In this document: positions 11,041 through 20,000 of the stretch, piece after piece
How the letters are laid out: every line of letters starts with the position of its first letter
Numbering within the stretch: position 1 is the stretch's first letter
Origin: Lama guanicoe
Lineage: Eukaryota
Length of the DNA stretch: 20,000 bases
Direction of reading: 5' to 3'
NCBI GenBank assembly: GCA_013239625.1
Contig: MU054338.1
Location: 4,667,536-4,687,535, forward strand
Notes under the pieces: model-generated
What the model saw: the letters and a program-made list of their open reading frames with translations, nothing else
Database searches by the model: none
What the model was told of the DNA's origin: nothing
Position numbers and translations under genes: made by a program

Positions 11041-11179
11041 AGCGCGCTCACCCCTTAAGCCCTGTGTGAGAAGTCACACTGCGTGAGGAACGTGGGATGG
11101 AAACCAACTGGCCCTGAGCCTGGGGCGGTTGATGGACTGCATCAGTGGGCTTATCTGTCGTGATACAAATATTCCCCAG

Positions 11180-11725
11180 TGAACTATGGTGATCGCTGTG
11201 CATTTCTGTGAATCTGCTGAAAGCCACTGAATTGTGCACTTGAAATGGGTGAGTTTATGTGGTCGTGTTACCAAATGCAGACTCGCTCTGCTCACCGCAT
11301 GACAGGCCAGTAAATTGGGAGATGAGGTGTTGGGGCAAGGGATAACGACTTTATTTGGAAAGCAGGCCGACTAGAAAGATGGCAGACTAAGGTCCTGGAG
11401 TACTGTCTTCCCCAAGTCAGAATTCGGGCTCTTTTTATACTAAAGAGGGGAGGCACTGGCTGTTGCAAGCTTCTTGGTGTTGGAAGCCTTTGTTCTTACA
11501 GCTGTTCATGTGGGTCAGGTCATGGTGTCCCTGTAAACTTCCAACAAAACGTGTTATTTTTTATTCTGCAACTTGTTATCTTTGTGTGAATGGAAACATC
11601 TTAATACCCTTAAAGGTAGAGCCTTGAGAATGGGCCGAAGGAACAGATCTAATACGGAGTCAGATTTTTCTTTTCTATCACAGTATGACATTTGAATTAT
11701 ATCTCTTAAGGTTATTTGAAAAGTT
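11180..11725 (+). mobile_element. L1MB/ME 3' terminus, split by an LTR
   Basis: ctgtgaatctgctgaaagccactgaattgtgcacttgaaatgggtgagtttatg before the LTR, continuing as tgaattatatctc after 11683. Confidence 0.7.
11266..11682 (-). mobile_element. ERV1-type solo LTR
   Basis: TG...CA termini (tgttacc...tatcaca). Minus-strand AATAAA at ~11349-11354 and TATAAAA at ~11432-11438 are in the correct LTR order. Interrupts an L1 tail. Confidence 0.8.
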
Positions 11726-12070
11726 TAAAGAAATGAAGGAGATAAATGGACCAGAAAAATACACATTTGCTAGGGCGGGTTTTACTCTTCAAGCGGGAAG
11801 GTTGTGGGTGCAAAGATGCTCAGATCCACCCTAATTCTCAAGTGGAGAGTTGTCCATGAACCACTCGGTGGCTTCCAGGAAATAGGTCTCTGGCTCCTGG
11901 ACGTTGAGAGAATGGTTGTGACATTGGCACTGAAAGGAAAAGAACAGTTAGAAGGGATAGGACTTGCAGGGGACCTGAGCTGTCCCTTGTAGGAAACTGA
12001 CTGGTGGGTTGGAGGCCCTGTCTGGAATCAGTAGGGGCCAGCAGGCAGCCAAGCCATCCTCTGGCTAGCT

Positions 12071-12227
12071 TTAATTACAAAAGAAAGATTCTGAAATCGC
12101 ACTAGCTTCTCAAGCCCAGCCCTTGAGGTCAGTACCCACCCTTGTTGGAATGACAAACGGCATTTAGCCACCTGCGAGTGACCAGTGATAGGTCAGACAT
12201 GCCCTTAGATGTCCAGGGCTACACTGA
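12071..12227 (+). pseudogene. Degenerate 18S rRNA fragment (rRNA pseudogene)
   Basis: ttaatt...gattctg...actag...gacaa...gcatttagccacc...aggtc...atgcccttagatgtccagggctacactga is colinear with recalled eukaryotic 18S ttaattccgataacgaacgagactctgg...actagtt...gggacaagtggcgttcagccacc...aggtctgtgatgcccttagatgtccggggctgcacgcgcgctacactga. Confidence 0.8.
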
Positions 12228-12309
12228 GGGCCTCCGTGCTAGGCACTGGGAGTGTCACCAGTCACGAGTCCTTCCTGTGCCTGTAAAAGATGATCCGACC
12301 CAGCCACCC

Positions 12310-12440
12310 CCACCCTCTGCAACGGATGTGGCCACGTGACTTACTCTAGCCAGTGAAATCTGAGCAGAAGGCTGGGCAAGTCTCCAGTTTTTCTTCTCTT
12401 ACTGGCACAATCCTGGCCTCAGAGACCCCAGGCTGGGATC
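12310..12440 (+). mobile_element. Old MLT1 (H/I/J-like) LTR fragment
   Basis: gtggccacgtgacttactctagccagtgaaatctgagcagaag is a characteristic MLT1 motif. Confidence 0.55.
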
Positions 12441-12637
12441 TCTGATGCCGAATCACAAGGGAGAATACTAAGCATTTGCAGCCATTTCCAGCAGTTCGGT
12501 GGGGCATCTGAGGATGCTCTCAGTTTGAGGACAAACTGGGATGTGGCACTGATACTCTAAATGGTAGGCAGACAGGAAGGGAATCTCCAATTCCTCACAG
12601 AACTGATGGATGGCATTTTTGGAGGGAGACCAATGAC

Positions 12638-13660
12638 TGTACCTGGGTGATGCCCAGGTATTTGTTTTTGTTACTGACCAGGGTTCTTGGTCTCCTTAAT
12701 CAATGGAAATTGTTAAGAGAGGTCAGACGAGAAATTCAGGCAAGGCTTTGTTGGGACTCAGCGCAAGGGAGCGAAAACAAGTTACAGGCTCCCTTGCTTG
12801 CTCCCTGGAGGGGGTGGGTAGTGAGCTGGTCCCTGAAATGAGGTGAGGATGGGAGCAGATCGGTGGGTGAGGCTGGAGGGGCGGCTTAGATGATCTGCCC
12901 ACCCCCTTGGTTGTGCTCTGTGCAGGGATCACGTGCAGGACCTTGCTTTTGCTCCTGACACCTCTGAAGTGACCGTTGGGTTTTTGGTCTTTTCGTATCT
13001 TGTTGTTCATAACTTGCTCCAGCTGCACACAGTTGTTTTTAGTCCCTTGTAGTTTCTTTGTATTCTGTTGCTCGAGGAGACGTTTGTCCAGGTGCAAGCA
13101 TTGCAGCAAAAGGCCCCAGGTCCCAGCCTGTCTCATTTTCATCAGGTCTGGTAAGGTGGAGACAACTGCCTTTGAGAGACGAGTGTATTACTCACAGTGC
13201 CCAAGAGGATGGGGCAGTCCGTGCCACACAGGGCAGCACAGGGAGGCACCGGGGGGGTCAGGCGGCAGGAGGAGCGGCAGGAAGCATGGGCAATGAGCCT
13301 TTATTGTGGTCTCCATGGGAAAGGCAAGGCAGGGTAAGCAATATTAGGACTGGCTAGTTTGAATAATTTCTGGGAGCTCTGGGCTGTAGGGATGGTCCCT
13401 TGCTCTCTGATACCGGCCCTGGGGTGATTGAGAGCAGGGAGAATGTTAACTCATGTGAGAGTCAAAAGAGGTGGGTGGGGGTATGGACCCTGGATTGGTG
13501 GGTTTGTATATGAGAGGCGCACTCCCAGGAAGGTTTGTCCGGCGTCTACGAATTGGCCAGCCCTGGGAGGGCCGCCTCTTCCAGATCAGCAAGATATCAA
13601 CGCATCCTAAAGTACAGGAAAATTTTAAAACGTGCTCAGTACGTGCAGACCCTAAACACA
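12638..13660 (-). mobile_element. MER76-like ERVL LTR, interrupted by a younger LTR (3' boundary approximate)
   Basis: tgtacc...cccaggtatttgtttt resumes after 13139 as catcaggtctggtaaggtggagacaactgcc...gagcctttattgtgg...ggctagtttgaataatttc...ccctggggtgatt, matching recalled MER76. Confidence 0.65.
12669..13135 (-). mobile_element. ERV1-type solo LTR with 4-bp TSD
   Basis: Termini tgttactg...ctgtctca, flanked by TTTT at 12665-12668 and 13136-13139. The host LTR is contiguous when this insert is removed. Confidence 0.8.
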
Positions 13661-14344
13661 TCTCTTCAGAGCCTCTGGGCCTTACCCCTGTCGCTTGTTC
13701 CAGCTGCCCCTACAGTAACCATTCCTTCAAGAGTCAAGCTAACAGACCTGAGTTAAACATGCATTAAAAAAAACTGAGGGGGTTCATATAAAAGAAGAGC
13801 ACCCTGCAATCTGTCTTTCTAAGAGAATGTGAAGGAAGTCCAGAGGTAGACATTCCAAAATGGAACATGCTCTTTAAATATACAGCCCCTCTGTCTGCTC
13901 ATTCCCCGACTTCTCCACGAGCCTGGACCCTGGACTGCACAGGACGCGGAGTGGAGCTGGAGGCAGCCTGCAAATTCCGCGCAGCTTGGGAAGAAAGAGT
14001 GTTGTTGTAAGCTGCTGAGGCCAAGCCTGGGGCCAGAAGTGAGCCGGGAAAATGACCATCTTGCCCCTCGTTCTCCTCCCTCCCCCACCCCCCGCCAGGT
14101 CTCCACCCTGCCGATGAGAAGGAATGTCATTGTCAGAACCCACCAAAGCCAGAGGGCAAGGGTCCCTGTTGCATCCACCGTAGATCAGCCTCTTGGGGGC
14201 AGAGAACAGGGTGAAGCAGCATGGGGAGGGACAGACAGAAGCCATCGGCTCGGCATTTGATCAAAATGCAAACTCCCTTCTGAAAAAGAGTGAATAAACT
14301 AGGAATGTGCACTGCTTCCCCAGTGCGACAGAAAACCTATAAAC

Positions 14345-14935
14345 TCCCACTTCGTAGCCAGGCGCTGTGCGAAGGGCTGTCAGGTGTTAACTCACTCACC
14401 CTTCACAGCATCTCTATGAAGAAGATACTGTTATCTCCATTTATGCTCATCACGGAAGTGCACTGCTCAGATCTCACCTGATGGGGTGAGGGGAGGGTAC
14501 CGCAAACTGACCACCGCCAGCTGCCGCATCTTCAGACCTGCTGGAGGTTCACACCAAAGCCACGTTGTCCCTGGGCTGCTCCCAACCAATGCCTGAGCTT
14601 GAGGGACGGGAGTACCAGAGCCAGGTCATTTCTCACCAAGGCAGGGCTCCTCTCACAAGCATTCTGTGCTCTGGGGCGCTCCTGTCGGCTTTATGGAGAC
14701 TTTCTCAGAACTGTCCTGAGAGCTACTCCTGCTCCTTCCCCTTTTATCCACACATCTGATTCTGTTTTAGTGTCTGCTTTTCAAAGAACCTGAGTTACGG
14801 CGCTATTTTTCAGATGAGAAAACTGACATGAAGGCACAGAGAGGTTAAGTGACTTACTCAAGGTCACACAGCTCCTAAGAGATTAAAAAGCTGACAGTCT
14901 CACTCCAGAATCTGTACTCTTAACCATTCCACTGT
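14345..14935 (-). mobile_element. MIR SINE split by an LTR16-like element
   Basis: gccaggcgctgtgc...actcacccttcacagcatctctatga...tatctccattt, and after ~14803 tttcagatgagaaaactga...ggcacagagaggttaagtgacttactcaaggtcacacagct (MIR core). Confidence 0.85.
14460..14800 (+). mobile_element. LTR16-like ERVL LTR
   Basis: ctcccaaccaatg...ctcctgtcggct...gagactttctcagaactg...gtgtctgcttttcaaagaacctgagttac resembles LTR16A/B. Confidence 0.6.
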
Positions 14936-15694
14936 GAGAGAGAGAGAACCCAAACACCATCTGAAATATTCCTCCTCATCTTGATTTTGTAACCCCGCTG
15001 GCCCATCTGAATTATGATTTTCTGCTACTTTGATCCATTTTTCCAAAGGCTGACAACAAAAACATCTCTGGAGTGTCCTTTTTAATTCCAGAATAGTCCC
15101 TGAAGATGGCAGTGTTTCATCAACAAACCGAGCTGTTCCTAGAACCAAGGATCACAACCAGCGAGGCAGTACGTTGTTTCATAACCTGCAGATCTTGATT
15201 CCACGTAGTGTACACGTTGGTTAACTAGCCCACAGAGGAGTTTCAACACATGTAGCAACTAACCAGAGGACCCAAACCCAGAGCTACAAAGCACCAAATA
15301 AAATTCCCACCCCCCAACCCCGCGTCACTCCGTGCGCTGGAACACGCACTGACTTCTACAGAACAGCGGCAGCAGAGCAGGAGCAGGAGATGGAAATGCT
15401 CCGTACAGGCATCAGTGTGAGGGAGGTGAAGTCCCATTTTGGTAACAGGTGGTCCTAATGGACACGGGGAGGCTGAAAAAGAATCTGGGATCCTAGGATG
15501 TGGTGTCAGCGAGCCCTGAAAACTGGTCACAGCGTATGGGAAGCATCTGCAGTTCGGGTTCATTTCATTGCTCGCAACCCAGATAACGAAGCAAGAACAG
15601 TTAATGACCGCAGTGAACTGTATGTTGGCGCTGGCCAGCAGGGTCGTCTGTTCATCTCCTCGTGACTTCAAGCTCTTATCCAAATGGCTCCCCT

Positions 15695-15827
15695 GGGACA
15701 GGGGGAAGGTATAGCTCAGTGGTAGAGTGCGTGCTTCGCATGCACAAGATCCTGGGTTCAATCCCCAATACCTCCATTTTAAAAATTAAATAAATAACCT
15801 AATTTCCTCACCTTCCCCCCCAAAAAA
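15695..15827 (+). mobile_element. Full-length tRNA-derived SINE (camelid Vic-1-like)
   Basis: A box TAGCTCAGTGG (15712-15722), B box GGTTCAATCCC (~15755-15765) and an A-rich tail. Decayed TSD: aaatggctcccctg / aaaagacccccctg. Confidence 0.88.
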
Positions 15828-16087
15828 GACCCCCCTGATGGCTAACATATGTCCATCTTCTGAAACCAATCATCACCAGTTAGACATTTAAGCCAATTAG
15901 CACCTGACTTCTTTTATCCTCCCACTCAGAACCATAAATTGATCTTCTAGAATCCAATTATACAAGTATTCACTCTGAAGAAGGGGAGGTCTCTTCAGAG
16001 TCACAGCCGTGGTAGCCATGACACTGTGATCACTGATCACCCCAAGGGATGAAAAATTGTACTCACTTGCTCAACAACCCCTTGTCC

Positions 16088-16380
16088 AGAGAGTAGGACT
16101 TGAATGTATCTTTTGGAGGGGAGAGGGGTTGCAGTTGGACCCATAACATGCATTTAGGCACAGGGGTCAGGCATTTGTACCCTGGACCATTGCCAGATGT
16201 GGCTGCCCCTAGGGAAGGGACATGACCTTGGACAAAGCAGCTCCCTTGAGCCCAGGAGAGTGCTGGCAAAGGGACTCAGGTGTGAGTCCCCAGCAGACAG
16301 CCTTCCTGGCAGCTGGAAGTGTGAGCACCTGGGTTCTGAAGACGTGGTCTGTGTGGTGTACCACGGCATCAGCTACGGTG
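16088..16380 (-). mobile_element. MLT1 5' end (16088-16148) joined to an LTR33-like fragment (~16165-16380)
   Basis: Reverse complement tgttatgg...ccaaaagatacattcaagtccta is an MLT1 start. gatgtggctgcccctagggaagggacatgaccttgg...cctggcagctgg resembles LTR33. Confidence 0.6.
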
Positions 16381-17299
16381 GGTCACCGTGGTGGCATCCT
16401 GCAAGGCTCTGATTATAACGAGGGCTTCTAGAGGTGCCTGGGGTTTGCGATTCTGGATGAGTCACCTTAAGGACCCAATTCCAGGCAGCGCCGTCAGCTC
16501 CATGGGGAGAAGGGGCCCCAGGGGAAGGGTTGGCAGCATCCAGGGAGGTTGGAGATCAATGGCTAGAACCTTTAGATCTCATCACACACAGTCTGGACCA
16601 CCCCACAACCCTGTCATCCCTTCCAGAGTATCACTTCCCTCTTCTATGGAGTGCTTTGGAGAGACCAGTGTTCTCATGTGCTTCCTCTTGCTTGTGCACC
16701 AAGCTGATGACCGCTGTCCCACCTGTTGTGCTGTTCACATTTGGGGCAGAGCCAGGGCCCCTGCTAAGTTGCACTGACATCACTTAGCCAGGAGTTTGAG
16801 GAGTCCAAGTGGCCCCTCTGGGCCGAGAGCCCACCACCCACCTGCTCACCCTGAGACTGAAGCATCCCTGGGACTCTTTCCTGGGGAGACTCTTTCCAGC
16901 CTCCATTGTCCAAGAGGCTTCTACTGAATTTCACAAACCCAGAGAGGCACAATTCAGGCTACCACCTAGCAGGGGCATCAACTTCTTGGAGGACGGGGAT
17001 CCTGGAGGGGTATGAAGGTGTGGGAAGGACATCCTGGAGGGAGCGTGAAGGATAAACGTTACCTTATTTGATCCTCACTACGGTCAGATGAAGGAAGGTC
17101 TATCATCTTCAATCATTGAAGGGTAAAGTGAGACGTGTGGGCTGTTGTTGACTCTCAGTTGGTTCACACCTCCCTGTATCCAAACCCTCTGGCAGCCCTC
17201 CCCTCCCACCGTGCTGCAGACTCCACTTTGGGCAACAGGACAAAGCAAACACCATCCTGGCCATCCACTTAGAATAACATTAAAAATGTTTAGCATCTA

Positions 17300-17753
17300 C
17301 TCAGCCATAAAAAAGAATAAAATAATGCCATTTGTAGCAATATGGATGGACCTGGAGATCGTCATTCTAAGTGAAGTAAGCCAGAAAAAGAAAGAAAAAT
17401 ACTGTATATCATTTATATGTGAAATCTAAAAAAAAAAAAAAGACATTTATTTACAAAACAGAAACAGACTCCCAGACATAGAAAACAAACTTTTGGTTTT
17501 CAGGGTGGGGAAGAGGGTGGGAAGGGATAAATTGGGAGTTTGAGATTTGCAGATACTAACTAATGTATATAAACAAGTTTATACTGTATAGCACAGGGAA
17601 CTATATTCAGTATCTTGTAACTTGTAGTGAAAGAAATTAAGACAATGAATATATGTATGTTCATGTATGACTGAAGCATTATGCTGTACATGAGAAATTG
17701 ACACAACATTGTAAACTGACTATACTTCAATTAAATATATGTATATAAAAAAA
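17300..17753 (+). mobile_element. 5'-truncated young L1 (ORF2 end and 3' UTR) with TSD
   Basis: YSAIKKNKIMPFVAIWMDLEIVILSEVSQ is the L1 ORF2 C-terminus, followed by a cetartiodactyl-type 3' UTR (gtatagcacagggaactatattca). TSD tttagcatcta at 17289-17299 and 17754-17764. Confidence 0.93.
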
Positions 17754-18119
17754 TTTAGCATCTAAGTCTCCAGCATGGTGGAATGGAGCAAGGTCCTGGG
17801 GAGGGGGGGTGGTCCCCCTGGCATTCTTCTAGTGAACCACTTAAGTGTTTGGATTCTTGGAAGGTTGGAGTCCTTGAGGGAGCAGTTACTTACCAACTAG
17901 CATAGAAATAGTTCAGTATTTAAATGGTTGGTTCAACTGTACAGGTATGTACCAATGGAGCAACAGCCCGGCTGGTAACAATATTTAACTTCCTGCTTCA
18001 GTGTTTTGATGAACCGGGGGGGTTTGTCCCCTCTCCAGACAGACACCCACAACCAGCCAGAAGGTGTCCGGTAACAGCCCATCCCATAGTTACAGGTCCT
18101 TGCTTGGACACCACACAGA

Positions 18120-20000
18120 AGCAAGAGTATTCTCAGATAATTTATTCAGAATTTTCATATAAACAGGTAATTATCCCATATTTTACATGCAGAGCAATTT
18201 CAATATCCAAAAAACAAAAAGGCATATTCTATACATGGTGCTACTTGGCTCTTTTAGGAAAACATTGAAAAAAATTAGAATTGAGCTTTTGGTGGGTTTT
18301 GTGTCTCCGAGTCGTTTTCCGCCTAAGCCGAGGCACATTTGATCCTGCGTGGCTGACGGCGGATGGGTGTCTGCTGCTGACACGCAGGGCCTGGACCCCC
18401 CCACCAGGCACACAAGGTCAGCAGAGTAAACAAGCCATTCCTGAACGTGTGTGTGGATGTACATTCTTGGCGGGGAGATGGGTGGGTTGCCTTCCTTCTC
18501 AGATGGGACCAGGAGCCCCAGAGTCATGATCTGAGTTTCAACAAGGATTTTTAGGGGCCACACCCAAATAAAAATGTGGCTGGAGGCTGGTTCTGAACCT
18601 TGACTGCTATGAGGTGACAGTGAACTCAAAAAGTCATTATTTCCCTCCCTTTCTGGGGGACCTCATAAGGAAACATTCACCTCCAGTTGCAGCCTCTGAA
18701 CATCCATTGCATTCTTTCATGTGTTTGAAAGAACAAACGCCAATCTGTTCTTTGCATTCCCAACAATACTCTGAAGAACATTCTGGAAGGTTTTCTGAAG
18801 GTACACCATCCTACGTGCATCATTTCTAAACAATCAGCATTTTCCTATCCCCCACTCCCAACAAAACCATAATTTCTAAGTAGTCTGAGGTGTCAACGAC
18901 TCACCAAGTGGCATCTGAGAGACATTTAACCCCCAACTTCCACCCACCACGAAGTAGAAAAAAGATTGTCATTGAGGGCACAGCACACAGATCACTTATG
19001 CAGGTGGCTAGCACGGGCCAAGCCCTGACAGTGTTCCTGCCCACTGGCCAACGTTATCGCTGCTGCCAAGGAACATCTCCCAACCCAACAAGCACGTTTC
19101 ACGGCAGACTGTCTGCTCTGGCTGGAGGAAGTGGAAGATCTGTCCATCAGTTGGTGGCAGTCCCCAACCACCATGGAATTGTATGTGCAGACCTTTGCAT
19201 CAGTTTTCTTTCAGTTGTGCTCACTGTCTATCCAGAGAACCAGCAGCATTTCACCCCTTTCTTACCAGCTTAAAATGACAGAAAAGCACCCTGGACAGCT
19301 CCCAGGATACAAACATTTCCAGATGTGTGTTTGACATCACTGGTCCAGGGAGAAACCACTATGTGGATTTTGCCACACAAATAAAAAAGAGTTTTAGAAA
19401 CAGCAAGACATCTTTAAAAACACAAACAACAAAAAGCGTCAACCAAAGCTGGCTTTGTTGCTTTTTTTCTGTAACCCATCACTACAACCCTCCAGGACAT
19501 CCATGACTTCCTAGGACCAAAATTCTGTTGTTACAGAGTGAGTCAACATTATCTGATGTAAAAAGGAGGCAGTTATTCCAGGCTGCTTGCTCTTTCACTG
19601 CAGCAAGAGAGACAGCTAAACGAAGGCGGGGACATCCCGTTCACACAGGGCAGGCCCAGCGCTCTGAGGTACCTCTCCAGGACAGGTGGGGAGGTATGGT
19701 CAGGGCAGTGACGTCTGCTGAGGATGACGGCATCCCTGCTGGCCCTGCCCAGACTTAGCACATGGGCTCGCAAAGCCCCACAGGGTCAAATAATACCAGC
19801 TTGTGGTCAACCAAACCACAATACAGGGGTCCGAGGTTTTGTTGCTAAAAAATGCGTTCAGCATGGTGGGTTTTGGTTTGAGATTTCCCAACATGCCCCC
19901 TTTTCACTCAGAGAATAAAAGAGACACCACGTTGGGTGTCTGTGTGCAAGGTGCCCATGAGTGTAATTTGTTACACGCCCCTCTCCAAAAAAAAAAAAAA
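18120..20000 (-). other. INSR: Distal 3' UTR and poly(A) site of a convergent gene, probably INSR
   Basis: On the minus strand: AATAAA at 18146-18141, upstream TGTA elements (~18187, ~18235), U-rich tracts, and a downstream GU-rich ttctgtgtggtgt. About 2 kb with no recognisable TEs. Gene identity comes only from human synteny (MBD3L2-5, ZNF557, INSR); no coding sequence is in the window. Confidence 0.5.

Noticed and set aside
15701..15776. Possible functional tRNA gene (A and B boxes)
   Set aside because: Poorly paired acceptor stem, SINE-type tail, decayed TSD and a second homologous copy at 9458-9516; it is a SINE.

Overview
Mammalian genomic DNA, not prokaryotic. The young tRNA-derived SINEs and L1 3' ends resemble camelid families, so camel/alpaca is likely (inference). 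Gene content from left to right: (i) an intact two-coding-exon MBD3L2-type gene on the minus strand (ATG 5392, exon 1 5351-5392, exon 2 2272-2871, 213 aa), with a TATA promoter carrying DUX-like and TAATCC homeodomain motifs; (ii) a CpG island (~6485-7200) with tandem ETS/GABP sites and GC boxes, followed by two plus-strand non-coding exons that lead into a heavily disabled ZNF557/ZNF558-like C2H2 zinc-finger pseudogene with no recognisable KRAB exons; (iii) a TE-rich stretch with nested LTRs, L1, L2, MIR and an old 18S rRNA fragment; (iv) a repeat-poor minus-strand 3' end, probably the INSR 3' UTR by synteny with the human MBD3L2-5/ZNF557/INSR block. The most interesting hypothesis is that the surviving CpG island of the dead ZNF gene holds an antisense ATG-initiated 88-codon segment ending at a phase-0 donor that could splice in frame onto MBD3L exon 2. 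Repeat family names and homologies are from recall of consensus sequences, not from searches. Most ORFs in the supplied track are spurious.
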